The translations under genes were made by a program, and so were the position numbers. From positions 576,001 through 640,000 of the forward strand of contig CAWFJP010000014.1 in assembly GCA_963816145.1 (NCBI GenBank): 64,000 nt of DNA. The letters are read 5' to 3'. Source of the stretch: an uncultured delta proteobacterium. GTDB lineage: Bacteria > Desulfobacterota > Binatia > UBA9968. Positions 47,719 to 57,449 of the stretch are shown here, in pieces; the first letter of the stretch is position 1; each line of letters begins with the position of its first letter. A model generated the notes under the pieces. The model was not told the DNA's origin, did no database searches, and worked only from the letters and a program-made list of their open reading frames with translations.

Positions 47719-48705
47719 TTACCGGAATAACTTGCGGATCATCTCGTTTACTTCGATCTCGCGTTGGCTTAGGTCGACGTCGGTCATGAGCAATTTGTGC
47801 TGCTTGAGAATCTTGCCGTACTTGGAGTCGATGTCGTCGCGGATCGGCACGCGGCCGTATTGATTGATCACTTCCTGGCCTTCCTTGGTGAGGAGCCATT
47901 CGATGAAGAGCTTGGCGGCGAAGGGATGCGCCGGCTGCGATGGCAAGGAGGCTGCCACGGTGTAGGTGATCACCGGTTCGAGGCCGATCCAGTCTACCGG
48001 CGCGCCTTTGGTCTTCAAGTTATCGACGGAGTATTCGTAGACGCCGGCCATGATGGCGAACTCACCGGCGGCGAGCAGGTTCAACAAATTGGTATTGCCC
48101 GCCATGACGGGGCCGTTTTGCGCCGCGAGTTTTTCCATGAAGCCGCGGCCTTTGAGTTTGAGCAGCATCGAAAACCACTCGATCTTGGTATTGTCGACGG
48201 CGATGGCGTTCTTCCAGCGCGGGTTCAAGAGGTCTTCGTACGTCTTCGGCGCTTCGGCACGTTTGACCTGGCGGGTGTTGAAGCCCATCAGCGTGCCGCT
48301 GGCGTAGACCGACGTCCAATAGCCTTCCGGATCTTTGTATTGCGTCGGGTAGGAGGCCGATTCCATCGGCACGTAACGGCTGAGCGCGCCGCGTTTTTTC
48401 AATATATGGGTTTCGATGACGCTGGTATGGACGACGTCGGCCAGGCGCTGCTTGGCCTGCTCTTCGAGAAGAACGCGGGTGACCAATTTCTGCTTATCGG
48501 TGCGGAAGTATTCGGTCTTGATGTACGGGTAGCGTTTGCCGAAGGCCGCCAAATACATTTGCAGCTGCTGTGCCGCGGCCGAGGCGTAGATCACCAGTCT
48601 GCCTTCGTTCTTGGCGCCGGCGATCAGCTGGTCAAGGGTTTGCGCTTGGACAGCCGATGATGGCGGCATGAGGCAGACGATCAGGATTGCGAGCCAATGT
48701 TTCAT
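47719..48705 (-). CDS. ABC-type extracellular solute-binding protein (Fe3+-like)
   Basis: GGAGG RBS, signal peptide, AKNEG, PKTYEDLLNPRWK, HPFAAKLFIEWLLTKEGQ. Confidence 0.88.
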   Translation of the reverse strand: MKHWLAILIVCLMPPSSAVQAQTLDQLIAGAKNEGRLVIYASAAAQQLQMYLAAFGKRYPYIKTEYFRTDKQKLVTRVLLEEQAKQRLADVVHTSVIETHILKKRGALSRYVPMESASYPTQYKDPEGYWTSVYASGTLMGFNTRQVKRAEAPKTYEDLLNPRWKNAIAVDNTKIEWFSMLLKLKGRGFMEKLAAQNGPVMAGNTNLLNLLAAGEFAIMAGVYEYSVDNLKTKGAPVDWIGLEPVITYTVAASLPSQPAHPFAAKLFIEWLLTKEGQEVINQYGRVPIRDDIDSKYGKILKQHKLLMTDVDLSQREIEVNEMIRKLFR

Positions 48706-48974
48706 TGAACCTCCGATTTTCCGCACCGTAATTGAGAGCGCCCGGCAGTGTCAACACATTGGCGAATCATTGGTGGTTCGGTTTCATAGTACTCTCATGA
48801 AAGCGAGGCGAAGAGATTTCTCGCGTTGCTTTATGATGACAAACTTTAGCCGCCGTCGCCCCGAAAGAAGTTCGGGATCCGTTCGAGGCCTAGCATTACC
48901 CGAGGGTTCGGCGCGTCGACAATGGCTATTTTTTCCATTAGGATTGTCAAAAATCTCACGAGGTAGGAAACGCC

Positions 48975-50597
48975 ATGGCCACTCCTGAATTCGTATACCA
49001 AGATCCGCTGCCACTGGAGAAGGACACAACCAAGTACCGGTTGCTGACCAAGGACTATGTCTCGGTGAGCCAGTTCGAAGGCAAAGACATTCTCAAAATC
49101 GCTCCCGAAGGATTGACTTATCTTGCCAATGTGGCGATCCGCGACGTGTCGTTCTTGTTGCGAACAGCGCATTTGGAAAAAGTCGCGGCGATTCTCAAAG
49201 ATCCCAACGCTTCGCAAAACGATCGTTATGTCGCGCTGGCGATGCTGCGCAACGCCGACACGTCATCGAAGGGCATCCTGCCGTTTTGTCAGGACACCGG
49301 CACCGCCACCGTGTTCGCCAAAAAGGGCCAACAGGTGTGGACCGGGGTGAAGGACGAGGAGCATATCGCCAAGGGGATCTATAAAACTTACACTGAAGAA
49401 AATCTCCGCTACTCGCAGACCGCGCCGCTCAACATGTGGGACGAGGTCGACACCGGCACCAATCTGCCGGCGCAAATCGACCTGATGGCCACCGACGGCA
49501 TGGAGTATAATTTTTTGTTCGTTACCAAGGGGGGTGGCTCGGCGAACAAGACGATGCTTTACCAGGAAACCAAAGCGCTGCTCAATCCGGCAAGTTTAGA
49601 AAAGTTTCTCACCGAAAAGATGAAGACCTTGGGCACCGCGGGCTGTCCGCCGTACCATTTGGTTTTTGTCATCGGCGGCACCTCGGCTGAAGCCTGTCTG
49701 AAGACCGTGAAGCTCGCGTCGACCGGTTACCTTGATCATCTGCCGACCACGGGCAATGCTCACGGGCGCGCCTTTCGCGATACCGAGTTCGAAGAACGCA
49801 TGCTGCAACAAGCCTACAAGTCCGGCTACGGCGCGCAGTTTGGCGGCAAGTATTTCGCCCTTGATCTACGGGTAATTCGTTTGCCGCGCCATGGCGCCTC
49901 TTGTCCGGTGGGCATGGGGGTGTCTTGCTCCGCCGACCGCAACGTCAAAGCCAAGATAAACAAGGACGGGATTTGGCTGGAGGAGTTGGAGCGCGAACCG
50001 GGGCGGCTGATTCCCGAAGAATACCGGGGCAAGTTCGTCGCCAACGTCGTCAAGGTCGAACTCAATCGGCCGATGCCCGAAATTCTCGCGCAATTGACGA
50101 AGTATCCGGTCACGACTCAACTGTCGCTCAACGGCACGATGATCGTCGCCCGCGATATCGCGCATGCCAAGCTGAAAGAACGTTTGGACAAGGGCGAGGG
50201 GCTGCCGCAGTATTTGAAAGACCATCCCATCTATTACGCCGGGCCGGCGAAGACACCGGAAGGTATGCCTTCCGGTTCCTTCGGTCCGACCACCGCCGGA
50301 CGAATGGATTCCTATGTGGAATTATTCCAGGCCAACGGCGCGGCGCTGATCACGCTGGCCAAAGGCAACCGCAGCCAGCAGGTCACCGACGCTTGCAAAA
50401 AATACGGCGGATTTTATCTCGGCTCCATCGGCGGCCCGGCGGCGATCCTGGCCAAGGAGAACATCAAAAAAGTCGAGCTGCTGGAATATCCCGAGCTCGG
50501 CATGGAAGCGGTCTACAAGATCGAAGTGGAAGACTTTCCGGCGTTCATCTTGGTCGATGACAAGGGCAACGATTTCTTCAAGCAGATCCTGCACTAA
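48975..50597 (+). CDS. fumA: Class I fumarate hydratase
   Basis: [46 protein letters not shown]. Confidence 0.96.
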   Translation: MATPEFVYQDPLPLEKDTTKYRLLTKDYVSVSQFEGKDILKIAPEGLTYLANVAIRDVSFLLRTAHLEKVAAILKDPNASQNDRYVALAMLRNADTSSKGILPFCQDTGTATVFAKKGQQVWTGVKDEEHIAKGIYKTYTEENLRYSQTAPLNMWDEVDTGTNLPAQIDLMATDGMEYNFLFVTKGGGSANKTMLYQETKALLNPASLEKFLTEKMKTLGTAGCPPYHLVFVIGGTSAEACLKTVKLASTGYLDHLPTTGNAHGRAFRDTEFEERMLQQAYKSGYGAQFGGKYFALDLRVIRLPRHGASCPVGMGVSCSADRNVKAKINKDGIWLEELEREPGRLIPEEYRGKFVANVVKVELNRPMPEILAQLTKYPVTTQLSLNGTMIVARDIAHAKLKERLDKGEGLPQYLKDHPIYYAGPAKTPEGMPSGSFGPTTAGRMDSYVELFQANGAALITLAKGNRSQQVTDACKKYGGFYLGSIGGPAAILAKENIKKVELLEYPELGMEAVYKIEVEDFPAFILVDDKGNDFFKQILH

Positions 50598-50612
50598 AAA
50601 TTCGGAAAGTTA

Positions 50613-50681
50613 TCTCGCACAGGCGCAAAGACGCCAAGTTCAGAAATTATTTTTTCCTAGACTTTGCGCCTTTGCGGGAGA
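50613..50681. repeat. Type C palindromic element
   Basis: TCTCGCACAGGCGCAAAGACGCCAAG ... CTTTGCGCCTTTGCGGGAGA. Confidence 0.75.
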
Positions 50682-50771
50682 TATTCCCGGATTGTCAACC
50701 GATGTATTTGACGGTTGACAGCCGTTGGAGTTAACTTACCGGCAAATTCAAAGACTTCGAGGAGGCTTATT

Positions 50772-51782
50772 ATGCCAACCATCGATGCCGATGCTCATGT
50801 GATCGAATGCGAACAAACTTGGTCCTACATCGAAAACGAAAAGCTCCGCCCGTACATGATCACGCCGGGCGGCGGCCGGCCGCAGAACTGGTTGATCGAC
50901 GGGCGAGTGTTTCACCGCGGCGTCAATCTCGACAAAGGCTTGCTGCTCGATATCTGCGAGATGCGCGATATCAAAGGCCGGCTCAAACATATGGACGAGT
51001 TGGAGATCGATGTTCAAGTGCTCTACCCGTCGCTGTTTCTCCGGCCGCTGACCCTCAAGGCCGAGGTCGAAAATGCCCTCTGCCGGAGCTACAACCAGTG
51101 GGTGATCGACGTATGCAAGAAGGGTGAAGGGCGTCTCGAATGGATTGCCCAAGTTCCGGTGATCGACATCCCGAGCACGGTGGCGGAGATCGAATTCGCC
51201 AGAGCCAACGGCGCCTGCGGCATCTTCTTGCGCGGCATGATCGACGACAAGCGCTTGAGCAACCCTGCTTTTTTTCCCATTTATGCCGCCGCGGAAAAAG
51301 CCGCGCTGCCGGTTTGCGTGCACGCCTCCACCGGTAACTTCGACTGGATGGAGATGTTCGACGGCGAGAGCGGTTTCATGCGCTTCAAAGCGCCGGTGTT
51401 GTCGGGTTTCCACTCGATTGTCCACGACGGTATTCCGAAAAGATTTCCCAAATTGAAATTCGCTTTCATCGAAGTGCGCGCCCAGTGGATCCCCTACATG
51501 GCCATCGAGATCGCCCGGCGCTTCGAGCGCGCCGACAATTCCGTCGCGCGCAATCTCATCCGCGACAACCATGTCTGGGTGACATGCCAGACCGACGACG
51601 ACCTGCCGCAGGTGCTCAAGTATTCCGGCGAGGACAATATCATCATCGGCTCCGACTATGGCCACAACGACACGTCGTCTGAGATCGAGGCGCTGCGCAC
51701 GATCAAAACCAAGGGTGAGGTCGAGCCGCGCATCATCGACAAGATTCTTTACGACAATGCCAAGGCGCTTTATGGGATCTGA
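50772..51782 (+). CDS. Amidohydrolase family protein (Amidohydro_2)
   Basis: GAGGAGG RBS; IDADAH, QVLYPS, YNQW, PVCVH, RFPKLKFAFIE, GSDYGH. Confidence 0.9.
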   Translation: MPTIDADAHVIECEQTWSYIENEKLRPYMITPGGGRPQNWLIDGRVFHRGVNLDKGLLLDICEMRDIKGRLKHMDELEIDVQVLYPSLFLRPLTLKAEVENALCRSYNQWVIDVCKKGEGRLEWIAQVPVIDIPSTVAEIEFARANGACGIFLRGMIDDKRLSNPAFFPIYAAAEKAALPVCVHASTGNFDWMEMFDGESGFMRFKAPVLSGFHSIVHDGIPKRFPKLKFAFIEVRAQWIPYMAIEIARRFERADNSVARNLIRDNHVWVTCQTDDDLPQVLKYSGEDNIIIGSDYGHNDTSSEIEALRTIKTKGEVEPRIIDKILYDNAKALYGI

Positions 51783-51813
51783 AGGGGAAAGGATGAAATT
51801 AGAAGGATGAAGG

Positions 51814-52812
51814 ATGAAGTTGAGAGGATTTAGACCGATGCCCGTGGTTTCATCCTTCCGCCTTCATCCTCCATACTTGTTGCCAATCTTGTTGGTATTT
51901 CTCGCTTTCGTTTCCACCGTTTCCGCCCAGGATAAACTGCGCGTCGCTCCATCCTCTCCCGGCCTGGCGTCGTGGCCGGTGCAGTTGGCGGTTAAAGAAG
52001 GATTCTTCGCCAAGGAAGGTTTGACGGCGGAGATCATCGTCATGCGTACCAACACCGGCATCGCCGCGCTGGTGACCGGCGCCATCGACTTCACGACGGC
52101 GGGCGGCTCGGCCATCCGCGCGGCGGTCAATGGCGCGCCTTTGAAAATGATTCTCAACATTACCAAGAAAGCCGACTTGTGGATCGTCGCGCAGAAAAAT
52201 ATCCAGCGGGTCGAGGATCTGCGCGGCAAGATGATCGGCGTCGGCGGCAACTGGGGCACTCAGTTCTACCAAGTGCTCGAAGCGTTGAAGCCGTCCGGCG
52301 TCGACAAGGATGTGCAGCTGGTTTCCACCGGCGATGTCGCAAACGGCTTTCTAACCTTGCAGCAAGGCAGTATGCCCGCAGTGGCGCTGACGCCGCCGTA
52401 CAGCATGCTTGCCAAGAAGCAGGGCTATCGCGATCTGGTGAAGACCAGTGACGTGATCCCGGTGTCGCCCACGACCGGACTGGTAACGACCAAGGAGAAG
52501 CTGGAAAAAGAAGCGCCGAAGATTCGCCGGGCCATCCGAGCGGTATTTCGCGCGGTGGACTTTGCCAGGACTCGGAAGGGCGAGACTGTCCAGTTCATCA
52601 TGAATCAATACAAGATGGACAAGGACGTGTCGGAAGCGGTCTACGACGCGATTATGGAAACGCTCAATCCGACCCTCTCGCTCGCTGACCAAGAAGTGCA
52701 GATCGAGCTCAATCGCATCGCCGAGCAGACCAAGATGAAGATTACCGCCAAACCTTCAGACTTAGCGGATTTCTCACTGGCGCGACAAGTGGCACAGGAG
52801 CTGGGAAGGTAA
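51814..52812 (+). CDS. NMT1/SsuA-like ABC substrate-binding protein (start 51814 or 51838, within a GGATGAA repeat element)
   Basis: AVKEGFFAKEGL, DLRGKMIGV, DFSLARQV. Confidence 0.87.
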   Translation: MKLRGFRPMPVVSSFRLHPPYLLPILLVFLAFVSTVSAQDKLRVAPSSPGLASWPVQLAVKEGFFAKEGLTAEIIVMRTNTGIAALVTGAIDFTTAGGSAIRAAVNGAPLKMILNITKKADLWIVAQKNIQRVEDLRGKMIGVGGNWGTQFYQVLEALKPSGVDKDVQLVSTGDVANGFLTLQQGSMPAVALTPPYSMLAKKQGYRDLVKTSDVIPVSPTTGLVTTKEKLEKEAPKIRRAIRAVFRAVDFARTRKGETVQFIMNQYKMDKDVSEAVYDAIMETLNPTLSLADQEVQIELNRIAEQTKMKITAKPSDLADFSLARQVAQELGR

Positions 52813-52824
52813 GAAATCACAGCA

Positions 52825-52928
52825 CTCCCCTAGTTCCTCTCCCGTTCGACGGGGGAAGGTTAGGATGGGGGTGATTTCTATCGCGCGTGCCCCAATGACT
52901 CGGTCCTCACCCGTCGAACGGGGGAGGA
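52825..52928. repeat. Type G hairpin doublet between convergent genes
   Basis: CCTCTCCCGTTCGACGGGGGAAGG ... CCTCACCCGTCGAACGGGGGAGG. Confidence 0.75.
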
Positions 52929-52961
52929 CGCAAGACGGGCACCCGAGAAATTTTGAACCGG

Positions 52962-54044
52962 CTACAAGCTATACAATTTCGCCGCATTCTCGCCCATGAG
53001 TTTCGCCTTCAACCCATCGGTCAAATCTTTGCGCTCCATCACTTCTTCCACCGTGTGGGGAAATTTCGAGTCGCTGTGGTTGTAGTCGGTGGCGAAGACT
53101 AAGCGTTCGGCGCCGACGAAACCGGCGACGTAGGGCAGCATTTTTTCTTCCATCTCGAAGGCGTAGAACATCTGGCCGCTTTTCATGTATTCGCTCGGCG
53201 GCTTGGTCAGCCAGGGAACCGTCGGTTGGAGGATTTCGTAGTGTTCGTCCAAGCGCTCCATCCAGTAGGGCACCCAGCCGCAGCCGGCTTCCATGAAAGC
53301 GAATTTCAATTTGGGAAAGCGTTCGAGCAAGCCGCCGCAGACGACGCACAGCGCGGCGATCATTTGCTCGAATGGATGGGCCATGGCGTGGCTGTACAGC
53401 GGATGGTCGAAGCGCTCGGTGCCCGCCGGCACGCCGTCGCCGGCGCCGACGTGTATGCACACAGGCACGTTCAAGCGCTCGGCTTCGGCAAAAAACGGAT
53501 AGAGGTCGGGGTCGTCAAGATTTTTCTTGGACGCCGAAACCGGCGGCGCGGCGACGGCGACGAATTTCAATTCTTCGACAGCACGTCGCAGCTCTTTCAC
53601 CGCCGCAGCAGGATCTTGAATCGCCACCGCGGCAACGCCTTTGAGCCGGCGATTGTCGGTTTTGCAGTAGCCGGCAAGCCAGTTGTTGTAGACGCGCGCC
53701 ACGGCGGAGGCCAAGTCTTTGTCCTGGACGAACGGCAAGCTCAAAAACGGCGAGGTGCCGAATAACACCGCGGTGTCGATACCTTCCAAATCCATGTCTT
53801 TCAAGCGCACGACCGGATCGGTCATGCCGGTGGTGGGCTGGGGGTGATGGCTGCGCGGCGCGCCGACGAAGCTGCAAGCTTTGCCTACAGGCGTAGGCGT
53901 CAATTTACCTTCCATCATGACGAAGGTGAAGCCGCGATTGTCCTTGACTGCTCTCGGAGCGCGATCGCGGTAGGGGGCTTCGAGTAAATCGGCCCAGGGA
54001 ATATCGCGTTCCAAAACATGTCCATCGGCGTCGATAATGCGCAT
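52962..54044 (-). CDS. Amidohydrolase family protein (Amidohydro_2)
   Basis: IDADGH, RLKDMDLEGID, YNNWL, PVCIH, RFPKLKFAFMEAG, ATDYNH. Confidence 0.9.
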   Translation of the reverse strand: MRIIDADGHVLERDIPWADLLEAPYRDRAPRAVKDNRGFTFVMMEGKLTPTPVGKACSFVGAPRSHHPQPTTGMTDPVVRLKDMDLEGIDTAVLFGTSPFLSLPFVQDKDLASAVARVYNNWLAGYCKTDNRRLKGVAAVAIQDPAAAVKELRRAVEELKFVAVAAPPVSASKKNLDDPDLYPFFAEAERLNVPVCIHVGAGDGVPAGTERFDHPLYSHAMAHPFEQMIAALCVVCGGLLERFPKLKFAFMEAGCGWVPYWMERLDEHYEILQPTVPWLTKPPSEYMKSGQMFYAFEMEEKMLPYVAGFVGAERLVFATDYNHSDSKFPHTVEEVMERKDLTDGLKAKLMGENAAKLYSL

Positions 54045-54157
54045 GAGTGCTGCCTCGTCTTTCTTAGCTTGTTGAGATTACATGAGTAGCAGAAAGCCGA
54101 TTGCTTTCTCAAGGGCGCGCTCCTTCTCGCGCCTGTTGCCTCGTGCCTCATGCCTAT

Positions 54158-55181
54158 TCACTTCACTTGTCCGGGAAATATTTTTGACGCGTAATCGCGA
54201 TTGACCTCTTTGATCAGCGTGTTGTCGAAGAACCGGCGTGGGTCAAGGTCGGTGGCTTTGGCCACCGTCGATTGTTCTAGGACGAGCTTGATCGCATCGG
54301 CATCGACGGTCATATCTTTGTTCCAGACTTTCTTGCCCTCCTGGTAGCTCTCCTCCAGTAACTTCGGATCGGTCACTTTGGTATAGAAGGCTTCGACTTG
54401 TTTGGCGGCGCGCGGGTCTTCAATCGCGCGTTTGATGCCGTCGAGATAGCCCATCAAGAAGATTTTCAGGGTGTTGGGATTTTTCCGGACGAACGAGCGC
54501 GCGACACCGGTGCCGGGGCCGATGATTTTCAAGCCGCGTTGGAAGTAGTCGATGATGACTGGGTAGCCTTTACTCTTGGCCATTTCGGTTTGCGGCGGCG
54601 TGACGATTAGACCGTCGGCGTTGTTTAGCATGAACGTCTGGAGGGCATCGGGCGGGCCTTTGTGATAGAGCAGTTTGATGTCCCTGCCGATTTCCATGCC
54701 GCGTTCCTTGGCAGTCTTGCGCATGGCGATCTCGCCGAAGGCACCGACGGAAGTCGTGGCCACAGCTTTACCGCGCAATCCTTCAAATGTGGTGACTGCC
54801 TTTCTGACCGAACAGGACCAAGGTGCTTTTATCGACCGCGGCGCCGATGTATATGACATCGGAGCCGGCGACATTGGCATGAATCGTTGCCGTGCCGCCC
54901 TGATAAATATCTACTTGCCCGGACAGGAGCGCTTGGGCCGAGGCGGTGGCACTAAGAACCGTCAGGTTCACTTTTAAACCCCTTTTGTCGAAGTAGCCGG
55001 CATCGGCGGCGAGCAGCAGCGGTAAATAAAGCGGCCCGGTGGCGGCGATGGCGACTTCGAGCGTGGTTTTCTCTGGTTTCAACGCCGGGCCTTGGGCGTG
55101 CGAGTTCGTGGCTAATGAGGAGATCAACGCCAGAGCGGCAATCGTCAGAGCGGGTTGGCGTAGAATGTAATGTTTCAACAT
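54158..55181 (-). CDS. NMT1/SsuA-like ABC substrate-binding protein (frameshift ~54797)
   Basis: AGGAG RBS, signal peptide, DAGYFDKRGL; after the shift GLRGKAVAT...FFDNTLI. Confidence 0.85.
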
Positions 55182-55232
55182 GATCGGTCTCCTAAATTTT
55201 TGCTGTTTCTGGTTGTGGTGCGAAGAAATCTT

Positions 55233-55500
55233 TACCACAGAGTGTTCATGAGCTTATGCTCGTCTACAGAGTATGAAATTGCCCGGTACCCCGCCACAGG
55301 TTCTTTCATTGATCCGTCATGCCGGCGCAGGCCGGCATCCAAGGGAGGGCGGGGATGGATACCGGCTTTCGCCGGTATGACGAAACCTTCGTGCCAAGTC
55401 GTGGCCCGAATCCAACCTGCGCATGTATTTTCGAATGAGGCACAGAGTTCGCAGAGTTCGGAATAGTTATTGATCGGAAAATCTTTTCTCGGCGATCTCT
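55233..55500. repeat. Type B element (CACAGAG units) interrupted by a ~194-bp REP-bearing insert
   Basis: ACCACAGAG|insert 55243-55436|GAG GCACAGAGTTCGCAGAG with GAG duplicated; REP doublet at 55315-55382; the right arm continues beyond the IS at 57370-57384. Confidence 0.65.
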
Positions 55501-55502
55501 GC

Positions 55503-57369
55503 GGTCATGAGAAAAAATTGATTTATCGTAATCTGGATTGATCCTACGCCTCGGCGTTTTTTCTTTTTTGGAAAAAACTCATCTTTGCCGTAATTATTCG
55601 GATGCGAAACTTTGAACCGCTGTTGAGCGGCTCAAAACTGGCCGATTTTCTCTTCTACACGACGTGTTTCTCCCTTTTCTCTACGCAGGCTGCACCACCG
55701 CTGCTTTTCTCCAGCATAGCCGCATCCACACTCGGATGTTGTAGGTGAGACACGCCCAGAGCGCTTCCATCCCCACCTTGGCTAACCCGCGCACGCTGAA
55801 CTGGCGTAGCCCAAACTTCGCCTTGATCCACAGATTGGGCGTCTCGGCCACCTGGGCTCTGGTTTTGTAGATCTCGCGCGCTCGTTGTGTCTCCATCTTC
55901 TGACGAAACTCGGCCACTTCGGCCAACTCTTCGCTGCGATGCACCGACCGCCCCGTCACTCGATTCCCAGGACAACACTGGCTCTTCATCGGACATCCCT
56001 GGCAGTCCGATCTCTGCGCTCGATACCGGTAGCTCAGCTGCAGGTGGCGCTCTTCTTTGCCTTCATACTTCAGGATCTTTCCCTGCGGACAACGATAACT
56101 ATTGCTCTGAGCATCGTAGATAAACTGGGAGCTTTGATACTCGGCGCTCACGCCGCGGTTGTCATAGGAACTCTGTCCCTTGCCCACCTCATCGACACAC
56201 GGCGCGATGTACTCGATTTCGCGCTCCTTCATCGCCACGATCGTCTCTTTACTGACATAGCCGCCGTCGGTGACCACTTCTTTGGGAGTCTCGCCTTGGT
56301 TCTGTAGCACTCGGTCAATCCCAGGCGCCAATTGCTCGAAGTCATTGCCCGCTTGCACCACTCCCACCGCCACCACCACACCGTTCTTTGCATCGGTGTC
56401 AATCTGCACATTGTAGCTCGGCGCATACCCACTCCCAGGCTGTTTCATCACTCGCGCTTGGGGATCGCTCGTGCTCACTCGTCTTTGCTCTTTGTCCTTG
56501 TCTTGTTTTTCCTGTTGCTCAAATTCCTTGAGCGCTTGCTCTAGCCGCTCCTGGCGCTCGCGGGCCGCTCGCTGGCGTGCCTTGGCCATGCGCCGGCTGG
56601 TTTCCTCTTCGCTCTGCGCTTGGAGCGCGGCCACTTGCTCCTTGGCTTCGTTGAGCGCTTTTTCGACTCGCTCTTGGCGACGAAAACTATCCGCTGCTGC
56701 CTTGGCTCTGATCTTGGTCCCGTCCTGCATCACTCGTTCCAGCGTGATCAATCCATCGGTACTCAGTAGCCCCAAGGCCTGCACAAACAGCCCATTGAGC
56801 GCCTTGTCGTGCTTGACCCGAAAGTCCGATAGCGTATGGGCATTGACCACTCTTGATCCCGTCAGCCACTGGTAGGCTGGCTCCCATTCACATAACTCTT
56901 CGATCGCTCGCGCTGATCCGACTCCTTTACTGTACCCATACACCCACAGGCTGATCAGTAACCGCGGCTCCCATCCCGGCCGTCCCGCTTGGCCTTCTAC
57001 CGCTCGTGCCTCTTGCTGGTATGCGCTTAAATCAAGACGCCCGATAAACTCCCACACCGCCCGGGCTGGATGGTCGGCCCCGATCAGCCGCTCGATATCG
57101 ATCTGCCGCCAACACAGCTGCTCGCGGTCGATCACTTCGTAACGCGGCTTGCCCATCCTGGCCGCCGACCTCTGCTTGGCTTGCGCTTCACTTCCAACCG
57201 CCGATTCACATCCGGGTAACCTTTCCTGTTCTATCCCCACTCTTCCCTCTCCTCCTCCGCTTCGGTTCCTGTGCGACTTTGATTATAAAACCTCGGCTCT
57301 TGCTCTGAACTTCACTATGCTCCTATATATACTACGAACATGAGCCGCTGGAGATTTTTTCTCACGTCC
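55503..57369 (-). mobile_element. IS1182-family insertion sequence (~1.87 kb)
   Basis: Imperfect TIRs GGTCATGAGAAAAAATT / reverse complement GGACGTGAGAAAAAATC (14 of 17) flanking the transposase. Confidence 0.75.
55681..57240 (-). CDS. IS1182-family DDE transposase
   Basis: DHPAR, GRPGWEP..L..W.YGY..G..SAR, TLSDFR, DGTKIRA, SDPQARVMK, YNVQ, DGGY, Cys cluster, R...E. Confidence 0.92.
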   Translation of the reverse strand: MGIEQERLPGCESAVGSEAQAKQRSAARMGKPRYEVIDREQLCWRQIDIERLIGADHPARAVWEFIGRLDLSAYQQEARAVEGQAGRPGWEPRLLISLWVYGYSKGVGSARAIEELCEWEPAYQWLTGSRVVNAHTLSDFRVKHDKALNGLFVQALGLLSTDGLITLERVMQDGTKIRAKAAADSFRRQERVEKALNEAKEQVAALQAQSEEETSRRMAKARQRAARERQERLEQALKEFEQQEKQDKDKEQRRVSTSDPQARVMKQPGSGYAPSYNVQIDTDAKNGVVVAVGVVQAGNDFEQLAPGIDRVLQNQGETPKEVVTDGGYVSKETIVAMKEREIEYIAPCVDEVGKGQSSYDNRGVSAEYQSSQFIYDAQSNSYRCPQGKILKYEGKEERHLQLSYRYRAQRSDCQGCPMKSQCCPGNRVTGRSVHRSEELAEVAEFRQKMETQRAREIYKTRAQVAETPNLWIKAKFGLRQFSVRGLAKVGMEALWACLTYNIRVWMRLCWRKAAVVQPA

Positions 57370-57449
57370 AGCGCCTCCGCGGTGGAACCTCCGATCCCTG
57401 GTTCAAAGTAAAGTCTGTAAACACAAGTGACTCAACATCCCCGCATAAG

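Noticed and set aside
2546-55181. About a dozen frameshifted genes read as pseudogenes, phase variation or programmed frameshifting
   Set aside because: Breaks are mostly single extra bases without slippery or homopolymer context, in genes otherwise free of stops and decay, and they cluster locally (5.7-6.3 kb, 18.7-23 kb). Uncorrected long-read error is the simplest explanation.
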